From assembly GCA_050733035.1 (NCBI GenBank), contig JBOHSJ010000277.1, forward strand, positions 1 through 52,988: 52,988 bases of DNA. The letters run 5' to 3'. Below, in pieces: positions 1 to 9,605 of this stretch. Positions within the stretch are counted from its first letter, which is position 1. Every line of letters begins with the position of its first letter. The position numbers were made by a program, and so were the translations under genes. Origin of the DNA: Gemmatimonadales bacterium. Its GTDB lineage: Bacteria > Gemmatimonadota > Gemmatimonadetes > Gemmatimonadales > GWC2-71-9. Under the pieces are notes generated by a model. That model searched no databases. It was given only the letters and a program-made list of their open reading frames with translations, and had not been told where the DNA came from.

Positions 1-1
1 C

Positions 2-409
2 GGCGTGCTTACGCGCGTGCAGGCGACCCGCGACCGTTTGGTGCGGCTCGCCGAAGGCGGGGCCGCGGTCCGTGAGGCGTCGCAGACGGCGGCGCAGGGT
101 CTGGCGACGGTCGCGAGCGAGGCCGACGCCAATGACACCTGGAGCCGCGAGATCGCGCAGTCGGCGGGAGAGCTCAAGACGCTCGTCGAGGAGATCGCGG
201 ACCGGTTGGGCACAGTAGCGGGTCAGACTGATACGCTGCTCGCCTCGGCCGAGGAGCTGGCGGCCTCAGGCCAAGAGCAGAGCGCCTCGACGCAGGAGAT
301 CGCATCGTCGGCCAATCAGCTCGCCGAGGCGGCCGATCGGCTCACCGGCGCGGTGAAGTCATTCCGATTGTTGGCGGACGAGCAGCAGCACCAGCAGGCG
401 GCCGACTAG
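2..409 (+). CDS. methyl-accepting chemotaxis protein, C-terminal signalling domain (5' partial, continues upstream of window)
   Basis: Reading frame is open to the window edge. The tail carries the conserved MCP signalling-hairpin motif (ASAEELAASGQEQSASTQEIASSANQLAEAADRL). Stop at 407-409. Confidence 0.8.
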   Translation, partial: GVLTRVQATRDRLVRLAEGGAAVREASQTAAQGLATVASEADANDTWSREIAQSAGELKTLVEEIADRLGTVAGQTDTLLASAEELAASGQEQSASTQEIASSANQLAEAADRLTGAVKSFRLLADEQQHQQAAD

Positions 410-495
410 GTATTCCCCCTGGGCGTGAGCTTCGTCACTCTCGTACAGCCGAACAGACCGTTACCGTAGAGTCCTTCCCGAGGCTCAGGGGGACT

Positions 496-882
496 GTGAT
501 GACGTCATCGAGTGCTGCCGTTCCAACGAGGACCGACCTGACTGCCGCAATCGGCCTCCTGCTGCTCGCCGAGGCAACGCTGTTCTTCACGTTCATCTTC
601 ATTGTTGGACCCATTGCCACGCTGCCCCGGCTGCTGCCGCTCGCGGTGGTGCTGGTGCTGTGTACGGCGTTGTATCGGGGACAGGAGTGGGCTCGGTGGG
701 GCCTCCTGGCACCCGTCGCCTTTCGGGTTTGGAAGGTGGTGCTCCTGACCGCCGCGGCCTGGGGCCTGGGCCGGACAGGGATCGCCCTGTTTCTGACGTT
801 CATTATTCTCGCCGAGCTGTTTGCGGCTTTCATTCTGCTCGATAGCTACCTCGTGCGGCGGCAGAGGCTCGGCGTCGTCTAG
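496..882 (+). CDS. hypothetical integral membrane protein (about 4 TM helices)
   Basis: 128-aa ORF with strongly hydrophobic segments (LLLLAEATLFFTFIFIVGPIA, LAVVLVLCTALY, VVLLTAAAWGL, IALFLTFIILAELFAAFILL). Start GTG 496 or ATG 499, after a G-rich GGGGGA. Family not recognised. Confidence 0.5.
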   Translation: MMTSSSAAVPTRTDLTAAIGLLLLAEATLFFTFIFIVGPIATLPRLLPLAVVLVLCTALYRGQEWARWGLLAPVAFRVWKVVLLTAAAWGLGRTGIALFLTFIILAELFAAFILLDSYLVRRQRLGVV

Positions 883-885
883 CTG

Positions 886-1542
886 CTACGAACGCACGTA
901 CCCGAAGCCGCGCTCCTGAGCCTTCGTCATCGCAATAATCACATCCGGCACGATGATCACACCCGGTACTGCGTGCGCGGTGAGATCGGCGTGAATCTCG
1001 GCGGCGGTTCCGAGCCCCTGTTTCTCGAGCCGCGCCGACCAGCGTAGCAGCGCGTTGTTGCAGAGCAGGAACCTGGCGCCGCGGCGTTGCAGTGCCTCGA
1101 TCGAGCTCTCGGGTGTGCCGTCGGCGACGGCGTCACCGGGCTGCGGATGCGCGAAGTAGTTGCGCACGAGCGGCGCATTGGTTGTTGGGTCGGTGAGGTT
1201 GAGCGCCGCGCCGAGTTGGTATTTCTCCCACATTGCATCCTGGAGACCGAGCGGCGTGGTCCGCGCGTACAGCATGACGACGACGCTGACGTCCTTTTCT
1301 GCGACGCCGTATGCCGAACGCCACACGTCGAGGTAGGTCCGCACGTGGCGCAGGATCGTGCCGCCGTCGGGATCGGGGGCATCGAAGAGCTGGCGGTGCT
1401 TCCCTTTCAGCTGGTCGAGCCACGCGTCCTCCCCCCCTGACCCCCTCTCCGTTCCGGAGAGGGGGAACGTGTGGTCGGGGAGCATTGCTCCGGTGCTGAG
1501 TGCGGCAACGGTGCCAAGGAAGGCGCGGCGGTCGGTGGACAT
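886..1542 (-). CDS. Tat-signal exported protein of unknown function
   Basis: N-terminus MSTDRRAFLGTVAALSTGA has a twin-arginine motif plus an h-region. Mature part not assigned to a family with confidence. Confidence 0.6.
   Translation of the reverse strand: MSTDRRAFLGTVAALSTGAMLPDHTFPLSGTERGSGGEDAWLDQLKGKHRQLFDAPDPDGGTILRHVRTYLDVWRSAYGVAEKDVSVVVMLYARTTPLGLQDAMWEKYQLGAALNLTDPTTNAPLVRNYFAHPQPGDAVADGTPESSIEALQRRGARFLLCNNALLRWSARLEKQGLGTAAEIHADLTAHAVPGVIIVPDVIIAMTKAQERGFGYVRS
1441..1465. repeat. perfect 11-bp stem / 3-nt loop hairpin (CCCCCTCTCCG-TTC-CGGAGAGGGGG) inside CDS 886-1542
   Basis: Read directly. It encodes FPLSGTERG, immediately after the Tat signal peptide. Confidence 0.85.
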
Positions 1543-1742
1543 GGGTGGTCTCCTCGTGGCATAGAGCGGCTTGGTCGCTTCATGAGAACAGGAACATGAT
1601 GGTGGGAAGCAAAGAGTAAAGGCGGCGGCCTACGCGCGTCCCTTTGCTACGTTCGCGTGTCGATTGACTACCCGTCAGGGAAATTGGCACGGTCGGATCG
1701 TGCTTGCCGCATGCGGATCGAATCTTGCGTTGCGCAAAGACG

Positions 1743-2345
1743 ATGCGGACACGACTGCGGAAGCGTTCGGTTGTGTATCTCATGATCGTCGTTACCTGCC
1801 TCGGGTGCGATCCGACAGTGGTGACGCAGCTCGGCATGGTGACGGCGGACGACCTCGCCGGCACCTACACGGGGATCCTCGAGGGCGTCACGGTCAGCAA
1901 TCTCGATGACGTTGGCGATCCGCAGCGTCAGGTGATCGTCGATCTCGATCTCCTGCACCAGCTCACGATCCGAGCCGCCGGTACGCTCACGCTCACAATC
2001 CAATCGAATGTCATTCCGCCGCTGCGCGCGATCGTCGTCGGCTCGGGACCAGTCGCCATCAATGCTGAATTCGTGGAGTTCGAGGAGCTCGACGTCTCGA
2101 ACGGGGAAATCCAGTTCGACGCGGTCAAGGTGAAGCAAATCGTGTTCGTGCAGTACCAGGGAGAGTGGATCGTCGTGCTGCAGCTCGTGAGAGCCCAGGT
2201 CGAGCCACAGCAGAGTGTGAACGAGGTCTACGCCTACCAGTACGTGTCATATCCTTCGAACGTCGCCGCGCAGATGAGCGAGGAGCAGGCGATCGTGTAC
2301 GTGAACACCATTCTCCGGCTCCTTTCAGCTGCGCAACGTTCGTAG
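1743..2345 (+). CDS. hypothetical secreted protein / possible lipoprotein
   Basis: Lies within ORF 1704-2345. The in-frame ATG at 1743 gives MRTRLRKRSVVYLMIVVTCLGCDP (basic n-region, hydrophobic core, Cys). No family recognised and the start is uncertain. Confidence 0.45.
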   Translation: MRTRLRKRSVVYLMIVVTCLGCDPTVVTQLGMVTADDLAGTYTGILEGVTVSNLDDVGDPQRQVIVDLDLLHQLTIRAAGTLTLTIQSNVIPPLRAIVVGSGPVAINAEFVEFEELDVSNGEIQFDAVKVKQIVFVQYQGEWIVVLQLVRAQVEPQQSVNEVYAYQYVSYPSNVAAQMSEEQAIVYVNTILRLLSAAQRS

Positions 2346-2348
2346 TCC

Positions 2349-3998
2349 TTACTTCCGATCGAACCTCAAATTGCGCACACGGCCGGTCGTGAACCGAAAC
2401 CCGGCAATTCGGGCCCCACGATCGCGGGTGAACACGAGCACACCAGCCGGAATCGCGAAGCCATCGCGATACAGCGGCCGCATGCGCCACGGTCCACCGG
2501 GCGCCGAGACGCGCGTCACCGTCAGCGCGCCAGCAGAGTCGAGCGCAACACGGATCGTGGCCTCCGCTTCAGGGCTCTCGTACACGCCCGTATACGCGCC
2601 GAGCGCCGCGCGAGCAGTGTCCGGGTCCGCCACCCAGTCGGCGGGTACCGTATCGTTCTGCGTCGAGATGATGCGCACGTCGTAATGCGCCCCCCCGGCG
2701 GCGCGGCGGCGGAATAGCAGCCGAGTGCCGCCGCGCGCCGACTGGAACTCCGTTCCCGCGCTATTGGTGGGCACCAGCTCGACGCCGTTCTCCGTCTCCA
2801 ACCGGCCGTCGCGCACGCGCAGGCGCTGCGCCCGCATGTCGCGCAGGTTGCGGTACAGCCCCGCCTTGTCCGCGAGCGCGCTCGCCGGCGCCTCGGCGCG
2901 GACCGGCGCCGGCGGAGTCGTCCGCGCCGCGAATGTCAGCAGCGCGTCCGCCAGGGAGTCGGCCGCCCTCTCAGGATCGGCGTTGCCCGCGTTACACAGC
3001 ACCGCCACCGACACGCCCGCATTGGGATATCGCACCACATTGGCGCGATAGCCGGACGTCGCGCCGCTGTGCGCCACATACGGCTGGCCGCGGTAGGTGC
3101 TTACGAACAGCCCAGCCGCATAACTGATCGTCTGCCCGTTCGTCAGTACGCCGCGCCGCTCCTGCTCGGCGCGCAACCCCGCCCCCAGGCGCGTGCTGTC
3201 GAACGCGGCGAGCCACTTGAGCAGATCGCCCACGGTCGTCAGCAGGCAGCAGTTGCCGTAAATGTTTTCGATCGCGCGCTCGCCGCGCCACCCGCTGCTG
3301 TCGCGATCGTATGACAGCGCTCTGCCGCCCACCACGCGCATCGCGTCGTCGCGCCAGCTCGTGGACGTCATGCCGAGCGGCTCGAAGATCCTGCGCCGCG
3401 TGAACGCCGGCAGCGACTCGCCCCCCCCCGCGCGCTCCGCGACGATCGCGAGCAGGTTGTAGTTCGAGTTGCTGTACTCGTATTCGGTGCCGGGCGGGAA
3501 GTTCAGCTCGCGCATGCGCGCGATGATCTGCAGCACGTGCGTGTGGTCGATCGCGCGCGTGTTGCGCGGCCAGCCGGCAATCCCGGCGATCGATCCCCAG
3601 TCGCGCAAGCCTGACACGTGATGCAGCAGATGCCGCAACGTCAGCGGCTGCATGAAGGCGGGGAGCTCCGGCACCCAGCGCCGCACCGGGTCGTCGAGCG
3701 AGAGCTTGCCGTCCCGCGCGAGCAGCAGGATCGCCGCCGCCGTGAACTGCTTCGACACCGAGCCCGCCTCGAGAATCGACGAGGGGTTAAGCGGCACGTT
3801 GCGCTCGAGATCGGCCATGCCGTAGGCGCGCTCCAGGAGGACCCGGCCGTTTTGCGCGACGCCCGCCACGCACCCCGGCGACTGCGCCGATGCGTACTGG
3901 CGGAAGAGCGTGTCCATACGGGCTTCGAGCGCGGGCTGCTGCGCGGCGGCGGCGAGCGGCAGCGCTACAGTCATCACGAGTACGGGAGTCAATCGCAT
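2349..3998 (-). CDS. serine hydrolase, beta-lactamase / penicillin-binding-protein (class C-like) family, secreted
   Basis: Signal peptide MRLTPVLVMTVALPLAAAAQ. SxxK motif SVSKQF and YxN motif YSNSNY. 549 aa with a C-terminal extension. Confidence 0.85.
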   Translation of the reverse strand: MRLTPVLVMTVALPLAAAAQQPALEARMDTLFRQYASAQSPGCVAGVAQNGRVLLERAYGMADLERNVPLNPSSILEAGSVSKQFTAAAILLLARDGKLSLDDPVRRWVPELPAFMQPLTLRHLLHHVSGLRDWGSIAGIAGWPRNTRAIDHTHVLQIIARMRELNFPPGTEYEYSNSNYNLLAIVAERAGGGESLPAFTRRRIFEPLGMTSTSWRDDAMRVVGGRALSYDRDSSGWRGERAIENIYGNCCLLTTVGDLLKWLAAFDSTRLGAGLRAEQERRGVLTNGQTISYAAGLFVSTYRGQPYVAHSGATSGYRANVVRYPNAGVSVAVLCNAGNADPERAADSLADALLTFAARTTPPAPVRAEAPASALADKAGLYRNLRDMRAQRLRVRDGRLETENGVELVPTNSAGTEFQSARGGTRLLFRRRAAGGAHYDVRIISTQNDTVPADWVADPDTARAALGAYTGVYESPEAEATIRVALDSAGALTVTRVSAPGGPWRMRPLYRDGFAIPAGVLVFTRDRGARIAGFRFTTGRVRNLRFDRK

Positions 3999-4155
3999 GG
4001 GTGCATACGATGCTGTGCGATTGCCGATTGTTGCTAGAGGTGCGGTTGCGCTCTGAAACCTTCCGACCCCGCATTCCTTTCCTGCCTGCTGTTGCCAATC
4101 ATCGAGACGGCCTTCAGCTTGAAAGAGCTACCTACCCTGATCGCTGGGAGATCCC

Positions 4156-6177
4156 ATGTCACTCCATACTCGTCTCAGCGGCGCCGTCGTCGTGGCCGCA
4201 TGCCTGCTCGCCCAAACATCATGCCGCCCCGGCACATCCGGTGCGGCTGGCTCCGGTTCGAGCCCGGAACACCTCACCGCCGACACTCCGAAGCAGACGG
4301 TCGGGGGCGCCACCTTCATCGCGCCCGCCGACTGGACGTTCTCGGTGCGCGGCCTTGCCACCATACTCGAGCCACCCGAGGGCGACTCGCGTATTGCTCT
4401 CATCGACGTGCGCGCCCCCAATGCCGACTCTGCCGTGGCGCTCGCCTGGGCGGCATACAAGCCCGACCACACGTGGCCGCTCAAGGTCGTCAATCCCCAG
4501 CCGGACCAGGATGGCTGGTCCGACCGGCGCAGCTACTCCTACCAGACCTCGCCCAACGAGAAGCGCGGCGTCGGCATGTCCGCCCAGCGCGCCGGCGACA
4601 CGTGGACCGTCGCCGTCTACGACATGAGCGACGCGACGGGCGAGAAGCGCCTCGCCGCTGTGCAGACCATTTTCGACCGGCTCCTGCCCAAAGGGTTCAC
4701 GCGAGAATCGTTCGCCGGGAAGAAGGCCGCTACCCTGGACGCCGCACGACTCGCGAGGCTCTCCAGATTCACCGAGACAGCCATGAAGGAGCTCGGCGTG
4801 CCTGGCGTGGCCGTGGGGATCATCCAGAACGGCAAGGTGGTCTTCGCCGACGGGTTCGGCGTCCGGGAGCTTGGCAGGCAAGAGAAGCCCGACGCGAGCA
4901 CGTTGTTCATGGTGGCGTCCAATACCAAGGCGCTCACCACCCTGATGATCGCCAAGCTCGTCGATGCAAACCGGTTCGGGTGGGAGACGCCCGTCACGTC
5001 GCTCCTGCCATCGTTCAAGCTCGGCGACGCGGCCACCACGCGGCAGGTGCTGGTGAAGCACCTTATCTGCGCCTGCACCGGGCTCCCGCGGCAGGACTTC
5101 GAGTGGCTGTTCGAGTTCAAGAACGCCACGCCCGCGTCCGCGCTCCGGACACTTGGCACGATGCAGCCCACTAGCAAGTTCGGGCAGATGTTCCAGTACT
5201 CGAACCCGATGGCTGCCGCGGCCGGCTACGCGGGCGGCCACGTGGCCTTCCCGCAGCTCGAGCTGGGAGCCGCCTACGACTCGGCCATGAGCACACTCGT
5301 CTTCCAGCCGCTGGGCATGACGTCCACGACGTTCGACTACGCCAGGGCGCTCTCGGGCAACCACGCCTCGCCGCATGCGCCTGACTTCGACGGCAAGCCC
5401 GTCGTCGCCGCGATGGACATCAATTACTCCGTGATTCCCGTGCGCCCCGCCGGCGCCGCATGGAGCAGCGTGCGTGACATGCTCAGGTACGTCGCCATGG
5501 ACCTCGCCGAGGGCAAGCTGCCCGACGGCACGCAATACATCCGCAGGGAAACGCTGCTCGAACGCCGTGCGCCGTATGTGGCCATCGGAAAGGAGGCCAC
5601 GTACGGCATGGGCCTCATGGTGGACACGAAGTACGGGACGCCCGTCGTGCACCACGGCGGCGACCTGATCGGGTTCCATAGCGACATGATGTGGCTACCG
5701 GAGCACGGCGTGGGTGCCGTGGTACTTACCAACGGCAACCCGGGCTGGACGCTGCGCGACGTGTTCCAGCGCAAGCTGCTGGAGGTGCTCTTCGACGGCC
5801 GCGACGAAGCCGACGCGGACGCGGCAGCCCAGGCGAAGAGCTTCTACGCCCAGCTCACTGCCGACCGGAAACTCCTTACTGTCCCGGCCGACGCCGCCGA
5901 GTCCTCAAAGCTGGCCGCGCACTTTCACAATGACGCCCTGGGGGACATCGACGTACGGCGCGCCGGTGGCCGGACCGTGTTCGACTTCGGCGAGTTCAAG
6001 AGCGAGGTCGCGTCGCGGAAGAATCCGGACGGCTCGATCTCGTTCCTCACGATAGCCCCTGGCATCGCGGGCTTCGATTTCGTCGTGAGCGACGGTGGAA
6101 AGCGGCTCACGATTCGGGACGCGCAACATGAGTACGTCTTCGCGGGGTCGGCAAGAAGCGTGGCGCTCGCTCAGTAG
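4156..6177 (+). CDS. serine hydrolase, beta-lactamase / PBP family, secreted or lipoprotein, with N-terminal extra domain
   Basis: SxxK motif ASNTKALT, YxN motif YSNPMA, and HHGGDLIGF in place of KTG. N-terminal signal with Cys (AACLLAQTSC). Divergent from its paralogue at 2349-3998. Confidence 0.85.
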   Translation: MSLHTRLSGAVVVAACLLAQTSCRPGTSGAAGSGSSPEHLTADTPKQTVGGATFIAPADWTFSVRGLATILEPPEGDSRIALIDVRAPNADSAVALAWAAYKPDHTWPLKVVNPQPDQDGWSDRRSYSYQTSPNEKRGVGMSAQRAGDTWTVAVYDMSDATGEKRLAAVQTIFDRLLPKGFTRESFAGKKAATLDAARLARLSRFTETAMKELGVPGVAVGIIQNGKVVFADGFGVRELGRQEKPDASTLFMVASNTKALTTLMIAKLVDANRFGWETPVTSLLPSFKLGDAATTRQVLVKHLICACTGLPRQDFEWLFEFKNATPASALRTLGTMQPTSKFGQMFQYSNPMAAAAGYAGGHVAFPQLELGAAYDSAMSTLVFQPLGMTSTTFDYARALSGNHASPHAPDFDGKPVVAAMDINYSVIPVRPAGAAWSSVRDMLRYVAMDLAEGKLPDGTQYIRRETLLERRAPYVAIGKEATYGMGLMVDTKYGTPVVHHGGDLIGFHSDMMWLPEHGVGAVVLTNGNPGWTLRDVFQRKLLEVLFDGRDEADADAAAQAKSFYAQLTADRKLLTVPADAAESSKLAAHFHNDALGDIDVRRAGGRTVFDFGEFKSEVASRKNPDGSISFLTIAPGIAGFDFVVSDGGKRLTIRDAQHEYVFAGSARSVALAQ

Positions 6178-6202
6178 CCTAGTGCACCGCTTTGAGGACC
6201 GA

Positions 6203-7804
6203 CTAATCTCCGAAGTTCGCGAGCCGAACGTCGAGGATGTCCGGGAGCCCCTGCAGCTTGTCGAGCACGCCGTTAGTCAGCGCCTGATCGACATTGATGG
6301 CGGCGAGGGCGTCACCTGTGGCACCGGCCTGCGGCGCCCGGCGAGCCTGGTGGTAGCTCGCGATGTTGATCCCGGCGCTGCCGAGCGCCGATCCGACCTT
6401 GCCAATGACGCCCGGAACGTCGCGATTGCGCACCACGAGCATCCAGCCCTCCGGCGCGATGTCCACATGATAGTCGTCGATCCGGATCACGCGGCCATGG
6501 CTGTCGCCAATCAGCGCGCCGGAGACGCGGACGCGACCGCGCGCGGTATCGACTTTGACGCCGATCGACGTCTCGAATCCCGCCTCCGGCGCCCCGGTGC
6601 GCGTCGCGAGCTGGATGCCTTTCTCCTCAGCGAGGACCTGCGCGTTCACCAGGCTCACGGGCCCGGCGTTCATCGCGGAAAGCAGCCCCTCGAGCGCGGA
6701 GACGAGCACCGGGCGCTGCGCTCCCTCCTCCTTGCCGCCGTAGGCGACTTCGACTGCTTTGACCGGACCGTCGGCGAGGGCCAGCGCTAACCGCCCCAAG
6801 CGTCGCGCCAGATCGAGGAGAGGCGCCAGCCGCCGCAGGATATCGCCGCCCATGCCCGGCACGTTGATGGCGAACGAGAGATCGCCGGCGACGAGCGCCT
6901 CGCGTACCGCGCCGCAGATCTCCATTGCCACGCGTTCCTGCGCCTCGGCCGTGGAAGCGGCGAGGTGCGGCGTCAGGATCATGCGATCCAGCCCGCGCAG
7001 CGGTGAATCGGCGGGCAGCGGCTCGACTGCGAAGACGTCGATGGCGGCACCACCGATGCGCTTTGCCTTCACGGCGTCGGCCAACGCGGCCTCGTCCACC
7101 AACTCACCTCGCGCCGTGTTGATCAGCACCGCCGTCGGTTTCATGAGCTTGAGACGCTCGGCATCGATGAGGTGATGGGTTTGATCGGTCAGCGCGACGT
7201 GCAGCGTCACCACATCGGCGGCGCGCAGCAGTGCTTCCAGCGGGAGCAACCGGACATGCAGCTCCGCCGCGCGCTCGGGGAGCAGATACGGATCGTGACC
7301 GACGACTTGCATGCCGAACGCGCGCGCGAGCTGGGCGACGTGACCGCCAATGCGTCCCAGCCCGACGACGCCCATCGTCTTGCCGCGCAGCTCCGTGCCC
7401 TCGAAGCGTTTGCGGTCCCACTGCCCCGCTTTCATCGCCGCGGCGGCATCCGGGATGCGACGCACCAGCGCAAGCAAGAGGCCCAGCGCGTGCTCGCCGG
7501 CGCTAACGGTATTGGCGCCGGGGGCGTTCATCACCGCGATGCCGCGCCGCGTGGCGGCAGGGACATCGATCGTATCTACCCCCGTGCCGGCGCGCGCCAC
7601 GACGCGCAGATGCGGGGCGTGGGCCATGAGCGCAGCAGTCACGCGCGTCTCGCTGCGCACGATGAGCGCGTGGGCTCCGGCGACTGCCTTCTCGAGCTCC
7701 GCCGCCTTGCCCGCGACGTCGACGAGTTCGATTCCGGGAGTTGTGGAGAGCAGGTCGAGACCGCTGCCCGCCACGCGGTCGGCGACGACGACACGCCACG
7801 TCAT
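6203..7804 (-). CDS. serA: D-3-phosphoglycerate dehydrogenase (long form with C-terminal ACT domain)
   Basis: Starts MTWRVVVADRV (residue 83 of ORF 6203-8050); the upstream 82 aa of the ORF are Arg-rich junk. Has 2-hydroxyacid dehydrogenase motifs (GVVGLGRIGGHVA, NTARGELVDE, TPHLAAST) and an ACT-like tail (MLVVRNRDVPGVIGKVGSALG). The ATG overlaps the upstream stop (ATGA). Confidence 0.9.
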   Translation of the reverse strand: MTWRVVVADRVAGSGLDLLSTTPGIELVDVAGKAAELEKAVAGAHALIVRSETRVTAALMAHAPHLRVVARAGTGVDTIDVPAATRRGIAVMNAPGANTVSAGEHALGLLLALVRRIPDAAAAMKAGQWDRKRFEGTELRGKTMGVVGLGRIGGHVAQLARAFGMQVVGHDPYLLPERAAELHVRLLPLEALLRAADVVTLHVALTDQTHHLIDAERLKLMKPTAVLINTARGELVDEAALADAVKAKRIGGAAIDVFAVEPLPADSPLRGLDRMILTPHLAASTAEAQERVAMEICGAVREALVAGDLSFAINVPGMGGDILRRLAPLLDLARRLGRLALALADGPVKAVEVAYGGKEEGAQRPVLVSALEGLLSAMNAGPVSLVNAQVLAEEKGIQLATRTGAPEAGFETSIGVKVDTARGRVRVSGALIGDSHGRVIRIDDYHVDIAPEGWMLVVRNRDVPGVIGKVGSALGSAGINIASYHQARRAPQAGATGDALAAINVDQALTNGVLDKLQGLPDILDVRLANFGD

Positions 7805-8910
7805 TTCAGCGCCTGTCCGATCAGCGGTAGCAGCTCGTCGAGCGCCGCGACGGTGTGATCGCCCATGTGCCCGATGCGGATGGTGGAGTCCTTCAGCGCG
7901 CCGTAACCGGCGCCGATGGTCCAGCCCTGCTGTTTCAGCGCTCCCACGACGTCCTTGGAATGCTTCCCGTCGGGAAGTCGCAGACACGACACCGTCCAGC
8001 TGTGGCGGCCCTCGCGCGGCAGGAACGTGATCCCATGCTCGGCGCCCCACGCTTCCACGCGGCGGCGCATCGCGTCATGACGCTTCCAGCGCGCTTCGAT
8101 CCCGCCTTCCCGGTCGATGCGCGCCAGCTGCACCTCGAGCGCGTACAGCAGCGAGATGGCCGGCGTGTTGGTCGGCTGGAACTTGGTGGTCGCCGTGAGG
8201 AAGCTGACGACGTCGAAGTACGCGCCGCGCTCCTCCAGCGTCTTCGCGCGGTTGACCAGCCGCTCCGACGCGACGCCGAGCGCCAGGCCGGGCGGAAGCG
8301 CCAGCGCCTTTTGTGAGCCCGTGAATACGAAGTCCAATCCCCACCGGTCCGTCTCCACCGGCAGGCCGGCCATCGACGTGACGGCATCGACGAGCAGCAG
8401 GACGTCGTCGAATTCCTTCATGACCTCGGCGTAACCCGCGACGTCCTGGAGCACGCCGGTCGAGGTCTCGGAGTGCACGCAGGTGACGGCGTCCACCGGC
8501 GTGCGCTTCAACGCGTCGCGCAGCATGTCGGGTTCGATGGCCGAGCCAAGCGGCACATCGAGGCGGATGCATTCTTTGCCGCACGCGCCGACGATCCCGG
8601 CGAAGCGCTCGCTGAACGCACCGTTGACGAGAGACAGCGCCCGGCGGCGCACGCCGTTGCGGACGGCCATCTCCATGAAACCGGTTGCGGAGTTCGTGCC
8701 GATGAACACCGGGCGCGCCGTGCGGGCGAGGGCGCCGAGCTTCGGCGCGACGCCTTGCAGCAGCTTCTCCATCGCCGAGGAGCGGTGGCCTACCATCGGC
8801 CGGATCATCGCCTCGAGAACTTCGGGATGGACGTCGGTGGGTCCCGGCAGGAAGAACTTCCCGAAAGCCGGAGTAGCCGCGTGTGCGGAAACTGAAGCGG
8901 TCGAGGTCAT
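7801..8910 (-). CDS. class-V (AGXT/SerC-type) aminotransferase, probable phosphoserine aminotransferase
   Basis: PLP-lysine motif FTGSQKALALPPG. 369 aa. 4-nt ATGA overlap with serA downstream. Substrate inferred from the serA linkage only. Confidence 0.8.
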   Translation of the reverse strand: MTSTASVSAHAATPAFGKFFLPGPTDVHPEVLEAMIRPMVGHRSSAMEKLLQGVAPKLGALARTARPVFIGTNSATGFMEMAVRNGVRRRALSLVNGAFSERFAGIVGACGKECIRLDVPLGSAIEPDMLRDALKRTPVDAVTCVHSETSTGVLQDVAGYAEVMKEFDDVLLLVDAVTSMAGLPVETDRWGLDFVFTGSQKALALPPGLALGVASERLVNRAKTLEERGAYFDVVSFLTATTKFQPTNTPAISLLYALEVQLARIDREGGIEARWKRHDAMRRRVEAWGAEHGITFLPREGRHSWTVSCLRLPDGKHSKDVVGALKQQGWTIGAGYGALKDSTIRIGHMGDHTVAALDELLPLIGQALK

Positions 8911-9578
8911 GCGCTGGCCCGCGCGAGCTCTTCGACCAGTCCCCCTACGACGACCTCGCTCGTCTTCACGAGCCGGACTCCTTCCTCACCCCATTCTTTC
9001 AGGAGGTGCTCGGCGACGTCGCGATCGATGGGTTTCATCGCGTCCACCACAGCGAACAGGCGCACCTGCGGACGGTGCTGGAGCAGCCCCTCGATCGCGT
9101 ACTTGTCGCACACGTCCAGCGCTACGCCGTACAACACGATGTCGTGCGGATTGATGGCGTCGAGGACGGGCAGGACATTGGGATTGGAGAAGACGTCGAA
9201 CCGATGCTTATGGAAGAGGATGTCGCCACGATGATTCTTCACGCGTGCCGCCAACTGGGCGGCATCCCGCGGCTCCGGCTCGATCACCAGTGGATCGCGC
9301 AAAGCGGTCTCGGAGATCTTCTTCTGGCCCGGCGTCCCGCGCAGGCAGTGCGGCGGGAACGTCGTTTTCCAGTCGGGCGTCGCCGAGATCTCCTCATGCT
9401 CACGGACGTGGTCGTCGGCGCTCGCGACGATGCGTATGCCGTGGCCATGCGCGTAGTCGGTGAGCTTCTTGAGATTGGGGATCAGCTGCTCGGCGTCCGG
9501 CACGTACAGCTTACCGTCGGCCTTCATGAAGTCGTACTGGGTATCAACGTCCCAGAAGATGACGCGGGAAGTGGACAT
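8907..9578 (-). CDS. pncA: nicotinamidase / cysteine hydrolase (isochorismatase family)
   Basis: Motifs IFWDVDTQYDF, FPPHCL and LYGVALDVCD are typical of the nicotinamidase/isochorismatase fold. A PRTase gene assigned to pncB lies 3.5 kb upstream on the same strand. Confidence 0.7.
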   Translation of the reverse strand: MSTSRVIFWDVDTQYDFMKADGKLYVPDAEQLIPNLKKLTDYAHGHGIRIVASADDHVREHEEISATPDWKTTFPPHCLRGTPGQKKISETALRDPLVIEPEPRDAAQLAARVKNHRGDILFHKHRFDVFSNPNVLPVLDAINPHDIVLYGVALDVCDKYAIEGLLQHRPQVRLFAVVDAMKPIDRDVAEHLLKEWGEEGVRLVKTSEVVVGGLVEELARASA

Positions 9579-9605
9579 GGAACGCGAAATCTAGACGGGG
9601 CGGGG

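Noticed and set aside
4243-4275. tRNA T-arm-like sequence TCCGG-TTCGAGC-CCGGA inside the 4156-6177 CDS (possible tRNA gene or integration-site remnant)
   Set aside because: No acceptor-stem complement, D-arm or anticodon arm can be built around it. It lies in a Gly/Ser-rich linker (GAAGSGSSPEH) of a well-supported CDS. It is probably coincidental.
4219-5679. 486-aa minus-strand ORF (plus 4092-5174 and 3890-4627 plus-strand ORFs in other frames) overlapping the beta-lactamase-family gene
   Set aside because: The 4156-6177 frame carries SxxK, YxN and HxG-type motifs and a signal peptide. The alternatives are Arg/Pro/Gly-rich GC-frame artefacts.
7805-8050. N-terminal extensions suggested by the ORF track. 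Examples: serA to 8050, pncB to 14589, saccharopine DH to 19789, GGDEF to 29582, dehydratase to 30448, SPFH from 46252, hbd from 47675, asparaginase from 15975, dehydrogenase from 44466.
   Set aside because: In each case the extension is Arg/Pro-rich junk overlapping the upstream gene. A start codon sits exactly at the stop of the upstream gene (ATGA/GTGA/TGATG), and the conserved N-terminus (Rossmann fold, signal peptide, etc.) begins there.
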